Counted from the first letter of the stretch, positions 35,301-46,934 are shown. The stretch: DNA of 64,000 bases from Cyanophora paradoxa CCMP329 (GCA_004431415.1 QPMI01000182.1:1-64000), one strand, 5' to 3'. A program made the numbers and translations. The notes: generated from the letters alone by a model not told the origin.

Positions 35301-38300
35301 CGGCCGCGGGGGCCTGCCGCGACAACAACATCGGGTGCGCCCATCCCCCGCCTCGCCCGGCCCCACCCCGCCCCGCGGCTTCTCACTCGGGGCGGGGCGG
35401 CGGCAGAGGGGCCTTCTTCTGCGCCGAGCGCCTCGACGCCGAGTCCCTCGACGCCGCCCGCGCCGTCCGCCCCGCCCCTCTCCTCTCCTCTGCTTTCTTT
35501 CTTTCTTTCCGCTTTCTGAGGAGCGTGCGTGCAGGTGGAGGCGGCGAGCGGGGGCCTCTCGACGCTCCTCGTGCCCCCCGAGCGCCTCGACGTCTCCGTC
35601 CTCGCGCCCCGCAAGGGCGCTCCCGCACCCGCCGACGTGCGCGCGCCCGCGCCTCCACAGCTCCCTTTCTCGTAGGGGCCGACTTGTCGGACCGGGTCCG
35701 TGCAGGGCGGGGCGCGGGAGGTGACGGACGCGAACTTCGAGGAGCTCGTGATGGCCCGCGACTCGCCCCGCGTCGCCAACGACACCGAGGCCCGCCCGCC
35801 CCGCCCGCCCCTTCTTCTTTCCTTTCGCATTAAATTTTGATCCGGCTGCGCCCGGCGAGCAGGGCGTGGTGCAGACGTCGACCTTCGCCTTCACGCCGGC
35901 CGACGGCGCCTTCGGCTACGCCCGCGCCGCCTACTACGAGGAGGTCCAGCCCCCCCAACCCCTCTCCCCTCCCCCCCTCCCCCCTTCCCCCTTCCCCCCC
36001 TCCCCCCCTCCCCCCCCTCCCCCCTCCCCCCTCCCCTCCCCGCCCCCCCCCCTCACCCCACCCCGCGATACCCTCTAACCCCTCCCGCCCCCCCCCCTCC
36101 CCCCCGCCCCGCCCCCTTCTCCTTTCCCTTCTCCGCTCCCTCTCGTCCCCCGTCCCCATTCGTTTTTCCCTTTCTCCTCTTCCCCCCCCTTCCCCTTTTC
36201 CCCTTCTCTACCCCTCCTTCCTCCCCCCCCCCCCCCCCCCTAAAGTCGCGACTGACGATCGCCCGGAAGGACGACGAGGACATCTTGCTGGAGGCGGTCT
36301 ACTACAACAACTCCCGCCCCGCCACCTGCTCCACCACCCTCGTCCGCCCCGCCCCGCCCCGCCCCGCCCCGCCCCGCCCCGCCCCGCCCCGCCCCGCCCG
36401 TCTCACTTGGGGGCAGCTGCGGGAGGGGACGGTGCTGGAGGCGTGCGCGGCGCCCTTCGGGCCCCTCTCCCCCGGCGGCAGCTGGGACGGCGACGCCGTC
36501 ATCCGCCTCACCACCAGGGTCCGCTCCCCGACGCTTTCATTGTTTGTTCGTTCTATTCGAGGCACGACGTCTGATCTCGGATGGACGTCAGACGCTGGCG
36601 GGGGAGCCGACGGCCCGCTGCTTCCGCTACGCCGGCGGGGCCCCGCTCGGCGTCTCGGTGGTCGCCGGCTCGGGCGGCGGCGCCGCGTCCGCCGCGTACG
36701 CGGCGACGGGGCGCATCATGGCCGGCTCGAGCGGCGGCGCGTCGACCGCCGCGTACGCCGGGACGGGGCGCATGGCCAGCGCGGGCGGGACGGGGAGCAA
36801 CCCGCTCTACTCCGAGTCCGGGCGCGAGGTCCGGAGCCCGCTCTACAACGGGCAGGGCGGCCAGACGCGGGCCCGCCTCCGCCACCTCCTCCAGGCGAGC
36901 CCCCGCCGCCGCCGCCGCCGGTTGCCCCCTCCGCCTCGCCCGCTGATGCGCCGCGGTCCCGCCAGACGTACGTGAACGGGACGGACGTGCTGCTCAAGTG
37001 CCGCGCCCTCGGGGCGAGCATGGGCCTCCTCCAGCAGTACTACAAGGCGAGCGCGCCGCCGCCCCGCACTCGTCATCCCTTAACCCGACCCGATCCGATC
37101 CGATGCGCCTCCGCCATCAGCCGTGCTGCGGGGACGTGGACGGGGACGGGGTCGGGGACGGCGCCATCGACTTCGCGAAGGTCAAAGTCGCACGCGCCGT
37201 CTGCCGCGCCTCCATCGTGCGCCCCGGCCCCGCCACACCACGCCCATCCTCCGCCCATCGAATTAAACGAACGGGGGGCAGGACGCGGCGACGGGGGCCT
37301 CCTACGAGACCTGCTCGGGCCTCGCCGTGCGCCCCCCCCCCCCCCGCCCCGCCCCGCCCCGCCCCGCCCCGGCCGCTCGGACTCGATCCCGTCTCATCTG
37401 AGGCCGGGGCCGGCGCCGGCGCGCGGGCCCTCAGACGGCGGAGGGCGGCCTGGTCTCCCGCCTCACCGTCACGGTGCCGGGCCCCGCCCCGCGCCGGGGC
37501 TCGAGCTCCACGGCAGCCGACCCTGCCTGACCCAGCTGACCTTGCAGGACGAGCACGGGGGGGCGACGGAGCGGTACATGAACGTGACGGTCCCCAAGCA
37601 GACGCAGGGCGCCACCTTTGGCGAGCGCGTCAACTCTGGCCTCGCCTCCGCCGTGCGCCCGCGCCCTTCCCACCCGACTCCAGCGGCGCCCGAGAAGGAG
37701 CTTCGAGCGTGGGGCGCATGCGCAGGGGGGCGGGGGCCGGCGGGAGTGGCCTTGGGGCCCCGCCTGGTCCTTCGGCGGGCGCCTTCTCATGGCCGGCCCC
37801 GTGCGCCCCGCCGCCCGCCCGCCGCCCGCCCTTTGCCCCCGCCCCGCGACCCTTGAGCCGGGGCGGCAGAGCGGGGCGGGGAGCTCGGGCTCGGGCGGTG
37901 GGCGGCTGGGCGGGAGGGCCCTATTCGTGGACGGCCCGCGGGGCGGGCTCCACATCCGCCGCGTCAAGTGCGAGATGTACTGCGAGCGCATCGTGCGCGC
38001 CCCGCCCGCCCTCCCACGCCCTCCCGCCCCGCCTTCTCTCTCTCTCTCTCCTTCCTGGGCTTGACGTCGGGGCAGAGGAGCGTGCGGATCGGGGACGAAG
38101 TCTGCTTCTACGAGGGGACGGGCTCCGCGTCCGCCCCGCCCGCCGCCCTCCGCGTCGTCCGCCACCCCGCCCCCCTCCGCGCCGCCCCGCGCCTTGGCAT
38201 TGACTCCTGCGCCAGAAAACGAAGCACGACACGGCGAAGAACTCGGTGGGCAACATCCGCGCCCGGGGCCGCCGCGGCGCCCTCGCCGCCGGCGCCGAAG

Positions 38301-41300
38301 TTGAAGAACTGGCCCCCGCCGACGCCCGCCCCGTCTTCGTAACCGTCTACCCGGCGCGCCGCCCCCCCTCCGCCTAAGCCTCTCGCGTCCTCTCTGACCG
38401 CGGCGCGCCCCGGCTCGGCCTGGGCAGGAGGGGGACGGGGGCGGCTGCACGCTGCCCGTGCCCCGCGCCCTCTTCGACAAGCTCGGCCTCGACGCCGTCC
38501 GCCCCGCCCGCCCCGTCCCGCCCCTTCCTCTTGACTCTGCGCTCAAAACTTCGAATTCGCCACAGGCGACTTCGGACGCGCCGGCGACGGCGGCGTGCAA
38601 GCCCTCCGCGACGGAGGCCTTCGCGTGCTCCCTCCCGTACCCCGCCGAGGGCATCTCCGTCGTGCGCCCCGCCCCGCCCCGCCTCCCCGCCTCCCCGCCC
38701 GCCCTCCCTCCCGCCCGCCCGGTCGCCCGCCCGACGCCCGGGGGCGCGCAGGAGACGGTGAAGCCGCCCTCCTTCATCTCCATCGAGCTGGTCCGTACGC
38801 GTGTCTGTCTGTCTGTCTGCGCGCGCTGCGCGCTCTCCGGGACGGCTAGTTCTAGAGGGGACACCGCCCGCCCACCCGCCTCCGCGGGCGCCTCCCAGCT
38901 CCCGGCCGTCAGCCCCGGCGGTCGGCGCCGCCTGACCGGTCCCGACCCGCAGGACATGGCCGAGGGGCGCGCCCTCATCCCGGAGCCGCCCGGCGGCGTC
39001 AACCTCACCGGCTACATCCGCCTCGTCCGCCCCCTCCTTCCCCTTCGCGCCCCTTTCCCCCTCGCGGCCGGCTGACGCCGCGGCCGCTGGCCGGACAGGA
39101 CGCCATGGAGCAAGCCTACGCGCTCCACGTGGTTCGTACCCCCCCCCCCTTCGTCCCCTCCCCCCCCTCTCCCGTCCCCGCCCTCTCCTGCGGCCCGACG
39201 CGCGGCGGGCAGCTCGGGCTGGGTGGCGTGGCGTACGTCCCGCGCGCGGCGGTCGCGACAAAGCCGCGCAAGGTCAGAACCCACGTCGTGCCGCACGTCC
39301 TCCGCACCGCCACCGGCTCCCCGGTGCGCCCCGACCCGGCCCCACCCGGCCCCGCCCGGCCCCGTCCGACCTAGATACGATGTGAGCTGGGGGGCGCCCC
39401 GCGCAGCAGCCGAGCGCGAACGCCATCCCCCACGCCTTCGAGGCCGTCCCGATGCGCGACATGGTCCGCCCCTCCCGCCGCGCCCGCGCCCGCGTTTCGC
39501 TTCCTGTTCCGACGCTCGCTCGCTCGCGTGCTCGCAGGAGGCCGGCGAGTCGGTGTACATCACCATGACCCAGCGCGACCTCTCCGGCCGGCCCATCGCC
39601 GTGCGTTCGGCCTCTCCCTTTAGGGCACTCCCCCCTGCGTGGCTTAGGCGTGACTCGCTCGGGCCGAAGGCGGCGGAGGAGCCGCTGGTGCCGTGGCACA
39701 AGGCCCAGCTCGACGTGGACGCCCGCTCCTACTCCTGCCTCTCCGGGCCCTCCGCCAAGACCATTGAGAAAGCCTGCCATGCGCGCCTCCTCTTCCTCCT
39801 CCCCAGCCTGGCCCGCGCTCGGCCCGGCCTCCCGGCTGACTTGCGGCCGCGCAGGGCCTGAAGGACACGATCAAGACGCAGGTGCGGGGCCTGAGGGGCA
39901 CGGGCAGCTTCACGAGCTGGCTGGACGCCCTCCTCAAGTTCGCGGGGCGTCCCGCCGGCGCCAAGGACGCCGCCGTCGCCGCCGCCTCCGCCGCCAACGC
40001 GCTCCTCGAGGCGCGCCTCGTGTGCGGGACGGTGACCGACGCGGCGGGCGCGACGACCGAAGAGTGCGCGGCGGGGGAGGTCTTCCTGACCGAGGGCGAG
40101 AGGCCGGCGGCGGCCTCGCCCTCGCCGGCGCCGCCCCGCCACACGCCCGACCCCTACTCCGAGGACCTCCTCCGCATGTTCAACCGGGCAGCCGCCGTGC
40201 GCTCCTATCCGACTCTCCGCTGCTCCGCTCCGCCCCGCGTCCTTTCTTAGTGTGAGTGCAGGGCACGGGCGGCGGGTCGGGGCCGTCGGTGTCGCGGGTG
40301 ACAAAACGGGACGCGGCGGGGCACGTGACGAGCCTCTGCTTCGTGGAGCGCGACGAGAAGGGCGCCGTCGCCGGCGAGCTCTGCCGCTCCCCCGCCGTGC
40401 GTCGGGGCGGGGGCCTAGGCCTCTTTAGTCGTGCTTCCTTCCTCGCTTTGATCTTCTGGGGCGGCAGGAGGCGGACGCGGCCGCGCACGCGACCTTCTAC
40501 ACCGTGCGCCGCTCCTCCCTGCAGAAGGCGTCAACATTCTCTTGTCTGAGCCACGGGGCCCGTTCGATCGCATCGCAGGGCCTGGCAACGGCGGAGGTCG
40601 GCACGTGGGCCTCCCAGTACGAGTGCCACGCCCGCCCCGTCCGCCCCCGCCCCGCCCCCCCGCCCGCCCCCCCGCAAACTCCGCCGACACGGCCCGCGCG
40701 GCCCTGGCGATCGCAGTCGGCGGGGGGCCCCTCGCCGTCCTACAGCTCCTTCCCGCGGGGCGCCAAGCCCAGGGCCCCCTACCTCAGTGCGCCCTCGCCC
40801 TCCCTCGCGCGCCGCGCCCTTCACTTTCTGGTCTGAGCTTACCTGAGCCGCGCCGCGCCGGACCAGCCGGAGCGGAGAGCGCGCTGCCGGTGCACGAGGC
40901 GTGCTACCGGCTGCCGGCCGCGGCGGTGGACGGGCAGGCCACCGTCTCCGAGCGCCTCTCCGTCATCGTCCGCCCCCCGCCCCGCCCCGCCCCGCCCCGC
41001 CCCCTCCTCCCCTTTGCTTCGCTCTGCTCAGCTTCGGGGGCGCAGTACCCGCAGGACCGCATCGTCCTCGAGCGCACCCGGTCCGCCCTGAAGCCTTCCC
41101 CTCCTCGGCGCTGGATCCGACGCGGGGGCCGCCTCTGGCAGGTCGTACCTGGCGACGCGGGGCATCGACGCGCTGAAGAACCCCGTCTTCGACTTCGACC
41201 GCGCGCCCCGCCCGCCATGCCCCGCCCCGAGCCGATCCGAGCCGATCCAGAGGGCTCTTTAGAGAGAGCGGAACGTTAGGAAGGAGGCGCTCCTTAGGAC

Positions 41301-44300
41301 GAATCCTTCTCTGACCGCCCCGCCCCGCCCCGCCCCGCCCCGCCCCGCCAAGCTTGGCTCTGCTCGGCGGCGCTTCTCCTCCTTCTTCTGAGGGGCGGGG
41401 GCGCAGCGCTGGAGGGGCCCGGGGCGAGGACGACAGCGGCGCGGGCCGTCCCCAAGTGGGACCCCGTCTACCACCGCGCCGACTCCGACCTCGTGCGCCG
41501 CTTCTTGTTATCGGCGCCTCGAGCTTTTCGTGACTGACCTTCGGGCGGCCGCGGGGCAGCACGCGGTGCGGCAGCGGTACGGGGCGTGGCCGCGGGACGT
41601 GCAGTCGGGCCTGCCGACGGGCAAGCGCGGGCTGGCGCTCCTCAACACGACGACGGGCGCCACGGAGCCGGCCTCGCAGGCCGACATCGAGGCCGCCGCT
41701 GCCGAGGCCGCCAAAGCGGCCCGCCCGCTTTCCTATACTTTTAAGCCTCCTTTCCCGCCTGATCGCGAGGGCCCCGGGGCGCGCAGGACGCCGTCAGCAG
41801 CGGGACGATCGACGCAACTCGCCCCGGCACGATCGACGCGTCTCGCACCGGTACGGAGCCGCGCGCCGGCCCCGCCGTCCCCGCCGAGCCCCGCGCCGCC
41901 GCCGCCGCAGGGACCGACGGGACGTACTCGCGCGAGGCCGGCAGCGGCCTCGCCACCGGCCGGCGCATGCCGGTCTACCAGGCCCGCCGCCCCTGCAGCT
42001 CGCCCCGCCCGCACGTACAGCCCCCAACAGCCTCTGACCGGCGCCACGCGGGCGGGCGCAGGGGACGCCGCCGGGGCCGCGGGAGGCCGGGTCGGGCCTG
42101 GCGAACGGGGCCGTGGCCTTCTCGCCCCCCGCGTCCCTCTACGAGCCCGTCCTCGCCGCCGCCTCCGAGGTCCTCGTCATCAAGGGCCGCTCCATCCCCG
42201 AGGCGCGCACACCCCCCGCCCCCTACCACCGCGTACCCCTGCCGGCCCCTCTGACCGCCCTCGCTTCAGAACTCGATCGAGCGAGCCGCCCCGACGACAA
42301 CGACCCTCGTGAGCCCCCGCTCCGCCTCCACCCAAGCGCGTCCCCTCTCACTCCCACTCGCCCCCGCACGCAGGCCGGCCTGCCGGAGTGCGCGGTGGAC
42401 CCGCAGGAGGCCTGCGCCGAGGAGGCCGTCGTGTCCGTCTCCAAGCCCGGCGAGGCCCCGACCCTCACGCCCCTCGACAAGGCACGCTTCCTTCTTTCGC
42501 TCGAGCCGGCCCGGCCCCAAGGGCTGAGGGCTGACGTTTGCGGTGGCATGCGCAGGTCTGCAAGCTGTGCAGGCGGCCGCTCGTGCGCCGCGCCAAGCTC
42601 TCCAAGGCCGACGCCGGCCGCTCCTGCCCCGCCCCGCGTCCGCCCCGCCCCGCCCCCAGCCCCTCGTCCCCTGAACCGGAACCGAGTATCGACGTTTGCT
42701 CCGCTTTATTTCGGCAGCGGCGACGGCGTTCCGCGCGGCGTGGCCCCGCATCGAGGACTGTGCGCCCTTCCGTCCCGCAATCCCCGCCCCTGCGCCCTCG
42801 AGCTCGAGCGCGCCGCAGGCCTGCCGTTCACGGTGGACCCCGCGACGGGCGTCGCCTACCTCAGCCTCCTCCCCGAGAACCGCAACCCCCTGCCCCTCGC
42901 CCTCAAGGTACGCCCCCTCCCCCCTTCCCTCCCCTCCTTCCTTCGAACGCGTGGGCGCCCGGCGGGGCGGCAGGAGGCGAAGAGCGACCAGCAGAGCGTG
43001 CGGGCGCTGGACGGGAACCCATCCATCCGCCGCGCGCTCCGCCAGTCCGCCGGCACCGGCGCCGGCGCCGGCCCCGCGGTCACCGACGCGCACCTGCGCG
43101 TCACGCTTTTCTCCCTCGGCCTCAACCACGACCTCCACGACTTCCTGGTACCCCCGCCCTTCTTTCCCCCCCCCCCTCTCTCCGCTCCGCGCCCCTAACC
43201 GAACCGCCAAAGCCCGACGTCACGCTGGAGTCGGCGAAGCTCGTGGGGGCGGTCCCCAAGGCCCAGCGTGCGCTGTTCTCCTGTACCCCCCGGACCTGGC
43301 GGCGTCCGCTGCTGAAACGTTATCTGGGCCGCCGCAGTGACGACGAAGCTGCGGGTCGTCGCGGGCGCCCCCCCGCCCGTACTCAACGCCTCCGTGATCA
43401 GGTACCCCTCCCGCGCCCCTTCGAAGTCCCTTCGAGACCCCTTCTGAGGGGCGGGTCCGGGGCGCAGCGGGGAGTACCCGCTGGGGACGGTGTTCCAGCA
43501 CCGGGCGCCGTGGGACCCGCGGGCGGCGTCGTACAACTGGACTGACGGCTGCGCGGCGGCCTGCGCCGCCTGCGCCGACGAGGCCTTCGTCACCGTCGTC
43601 CTCAACCAGTGCGCACTCCGCTTGATTTATTTTGATTCTCGAAGTGAAGGTCTTGTTCCTTCGAACTGGATTCTGATTATTTGCGCGCAGGACGCTGGTA
43701 AATGAGGCGGTGCCGGCGCGGGCGGCGAGCGCGCGGGTGCGGCGGACCGTCGACGCCGGCCCCGGGCGCGGCCTCCAGCTGCGCCTCCTCGCGGAGGACC
43801 GCTGCGGCCCGGCGCTCAAGGCGGCCCCGCGGGGACCCTCCCCAAGGACTGCCGCCCCTCCCGCCGCCTCTCCTTTGCCGCCCTCGCCGCCGCCGAGGCG
43901 CGCCGGCGGCCGCCGGCCGTCGCCGACCCGCCGCGGCGCCTGCGGGAGCCGAGCCCCGTCGACTTCCCGACGCGCCTCGACGGGAACTGGACGGCCGGCG
44001 CCAGGAGCGCCGCGCCGCTGGACGGGACCTCCCGCGAGCAAATCTCCGTGCAGATCACCGACCCGACCCTGCAGACCCGCGAGATCGCGAGCCCGGGCTC
44101 GCCCCGCCGCCGCCTCGCCTCCGCCACGGACGACGGCGCCGCGCGGCCGCCCCTGCGGTACGGGTACATCCTCTGGGCCGACATGAGCCGCCGCGGCGCC
44201 CTCGACTTCGGCGCCTGCGACGCGCCCCCGGCCCCGGCCCCGGCCCCCGTCCGCCGCGCCGCCCCGAGGCCCACGCCGGCGCCCACGCCCACGCCCGCGC

Positions 44301-45357
44301 CGGCGCCCACGCCCACGCCCGGCCCCCGCATCGTGCGCCAGCCCCCTGCTCCTCCTCCCCCTCCTCCCCCTCCTCACCCAGCGGGCTTCGCGGGGGCAGG
44401 TGGGGCGGGTGCGGATCCAGTACGCGGGGGAGGGCCTCTCGGATATCGCGATCGACGAGGCCGGCCTGCCCCGCGGCAGGGGCAGGAAGCCCGCCGCCCG
44501 CATCACCCAGGTCCTCCCGGCCCCTCCCGCCCGCCCGTACTCAAGGTGTACCCCTAGCTCAAGGCGTACCCCTATCCGCAGCTCGGGGGCGAGGTGACAA
44601 TCTTCGGGGAGGGGTTCCCGTACCCCGAGCCCATCCGGGGCTTCCTGGAGGCGGGCAACGCGAGCGTCGAGGCGAACAACACGCGCTTCGACTCCGACAC
44701 CCGCCTCGTCTTCCGTGCGCGCTTTCGCGCCCCGCCAGCCTCCACCTGCTCCTTCTCCTCTAACCCAGCGCCGCCCGGCGCGCCCCTCCTTGACTTCGTC
44801 GTTTCGCAGAGCCCGTCCTGCCCGCCAGCGCGCGCAAGCGGCTCCTCCTCGGCGCGGTGCGAGCGAGCGAGCGAGCGAGCGGGGCCCCCCGCCCCGCCCC
44901 GCCCCACCCTTCTCCGCCCCCCCCCCCCCCCCCCCCCCCCCTCCACCCTCGAATAATCCGGGGCGGGCGGGGGCAGGCGCTGGCGCCGGGCTCGGTGAGC
45001 GACCTCCGCATCGTCAGCGTCAACGGCGCCTTCGAGAGCTTCCTCATCGAGAACGCGCGCCCCGGCCCCGGACCCGGCCCCCTCCCTCCTTCCTCCTCTC
45101 CCGGCCTGACTCGAGCCTCGGGCAGGCGCTCGCGTGGGACTACCCCTCGAACGGCGCCCCCTGGTGCGCGCGCGCCCTCCCCGCCTTAAACCTTCGGACC
45201 TTCCGCGCCGACCGCGGGCTCTCTCGTGTGCAGGACCACGCTGGCCTCAGCGGGCGCCCCCGCCGCCTCCCCGGCCGCTCTCGGCGCGCACCTCGCCGCG
45301 GCCCTCCTCGCCGCCCTCCTCGCCGCCTGCGCCGCCGCCGGCCCCCGCGCCCGCTAG
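32334..45357 (+). CDS. Giant secreted, probably GPI-anchored surface protein built from short motifs of unrelated families, with a C-terminal IPT/TIG domain; roughly 50 exons
   Basis: Signal-peptide-like RRAALAALALAAALLPAAAAADA at ~32458-32528. A continuous series of exons with host-type splice sites and GC3-rich codons follows. IPT/TIG-like domain ITQVLP|LGGEVTIFGEGF...FDSDTRLVF near 44495-44715. The last exon encodes TTLASAGAPAASPAALGAHLAAALLAALLAACAAAGPRAR then TAG (45355-45357), a small-residue site plus hydrophobic tail typical of GPI signals. The start codon and a few junctions are uncertain. Confidence 0.8.
33661..34257 (+). repeat. Eight coding D[N/D]DCDG repeats (MopE-type putative metal-binding motif core) in two clusters of four
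   Basis: GAC(A/G)ACGACTGCGA(C/T)GG x8 within ORF 33463-34443, interleaved with AACR repeats and IPT/TIG-like [IL]TxxGxxF strands. Confidence 0.85.
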
Positions 45358-45744
45358 CGGCCCCCCGCTCACAGCACAAAACCCACCATAGATGTTTCGA
45401 ACTTGCATGGATGTTTTATCCGCATAAATGATTTTGCATAGCCTAGTATAGGAGCTTACGTTCAAGTATTTTAACACAATTGGTTTACACTCGCATAAAA
45501 ACTTTCGTTTGTAGTAGAGGAGCTTAAATCCCGAGGAGATTGGAGTCTTGCATTTAATCTTGCATTTATTCTTAGTGTAGTTTTGTGCTCCACCTAGAAA
45601 ATACGCGTGAGTTTACTTGCAACTGCAATTATCTTCTCTCCCCATTTCGCTTGTACCTTCAAAACAATCCCTAAGCTTGTACCTGATAGTTTGCATGATG
45701 AGTATTCGAGAGTTGAGTTTCACACTACGATCAGTGCGGTATTC

Positions 45745-46066
45745 TTATACTTGCTTATACGCAGCTCCGTCGCAGCTTGCTGCGCTCCGGCGGGCCCTCG
45801 AGCTCACATCTCGTAGATGCTGCGCCGCGCGCTCGACCGCGCCGCCCGGAGGTGCGGTCGCTCCCCAGGCCGCTGCGCACCCGCGTTCAGACGTCGAGCC
45901 TCAACCCATGGCCACGTGCACCGCCGGAGACGAACCGCCGGGGAGGGCGTGCCGGTGCTTCCTCCGTTGGGGGCGGGTGGGGGTCGGGGGCCGCCGCGGG
46001 CGCCGTGGTACGCGTTCTCGATGGCCTGCGCATGCGGGGAGTACGGGCTTCAGCGAGGGAGCGGAA

Positions 46067-46102
<36 letters not shown>

Positions 46103-46218
46103 CGACCTGCTCGAGGTTCATCACCATCTGCGCAGGTCGAGGGTCAGAGGGCGGGGCGGGGCGGGGGAAGCGTGAAAGGCAGCGGGGAGACGGGGCGGAC
46201 GAGGGTGGCGGCGTAGGC
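45745..46218 (-). pseudogene. 3' relic of a host intron-containing gene, truncated upstream by mobile-element DNA
   Basis: The minus strand shows host-type introns (GTCCGC...CTGAC...GCGCAG; GTCGCC...GCGCAG). They join AYAATL|MVMNLEQ|AIENAYH| to a final exon ending YKQV-TAA. No upstream exons were found. Confidence 0.4.
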
Positions 46219-46400
46219 CTATATTGCCGGCTGTCCGGCGCTCTTATTAATCTCGGAAAATCAAACCTTCTTCCGCTCCGTGATATTCCTGCGGACTCGT
46301 GGCCTAGCGTCGAGGACTGTCCCTGGCGGCGTCTCCAGGTGACAGATCTCCCTCCCGCTGAGAAAATTCGCAAGTACCTGGGCTTTCCACTTGAGCCCGA
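46219..46400 (+). mobile_element. Fragment of a non-LTR retrotransposon (L1/Tx1-like) reverse transcriptase, C-terminal part
   Basis: LYCRLSGALINLGKSNLLPL...IRKYLGFPL matches the LINE RT pattern YxxASGxxINxxKS...KYLG. Confidence 0.7.
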
Positions 46401-46767
46401 TCTGTCCTTTCGCGTCTTCCTGCTTCGCCTCAGCCTCCACGTCGTCTTGTTGTTCCTCTTACCTGTCTGCTTCCTGTGATTTATCTTTCTCAATTTTGTC
46501 CTCCGCTTGCTAGTGATGTGGTTCCCTCCTTTTTTGATGGTATTTCTAGCTCTCGCGCTAGCTCTTCTTCGTGTCTGTCATCCTCGAGCTCTGTCCCGTG
46601 CTCTGCTCGGTCCGATTTACTTCTCGTCTCTTCTCGATCTGTCTTGCGCTCTGTGTCTTTCCTTGTTTATTGTCGATTTTGGCTCTTTGTCTTATCTTTC
46701 TTCGTGCTCTTGTCTTAGTTACCGTAGTACTTTGCTTTTTGTCTCTGTGCCCCCTGGCCATGTGCAG

Positions 46768-46813
46768 GCTCCAGGGCAGCCCCCGCAATGCTCCAGGGCA
46801 GCCCCTGCAATGC
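46768..46813. repeat. 22-bp tandem duplication
   Basis: GCTCCAGGGCAGCCCC(C/T)GCAAT x2. Confidence 0.75.
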
Positions 46814-46934
46814 CGGTAATTCATCGGTAGTCTTAATTATTTTAGGCGTACTAAACCGGCAAAACCCCGGAATTGATTATGTGATTTGTGATAGTTTGCT
46901 GTATCTTTGATTTGTGATTCTCCTTAATATTACT

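Noticed and set aside
35100-44480. Separate bacterial genes (hcp, vgrG, hup, trxA, ompA) or bacterial contamination
   Set aside because: Matches are limited to 8-17 aa, lack the rest of each domain (e.g. no WCxxC for thioredoxin) and are embedded in spliceosomal exons with host codon usage.
1-45400. Hundreds of long Arg/Pro/Gly/Ala-rich ORFs in the ORF track
   Set aside because: These are shadow frames and intron read-through caused by extreme GC content. Real coding segments are short exons bounded by splice sites.
46100-46260. Intron inside the LINE RT (DLLEVHHHL-R-LYCRLSG on the plus strand)
   Set aside because: The same bases fit host-type introns and exons on the minus strand much better; the plus-strand peptide is probably coincidental.
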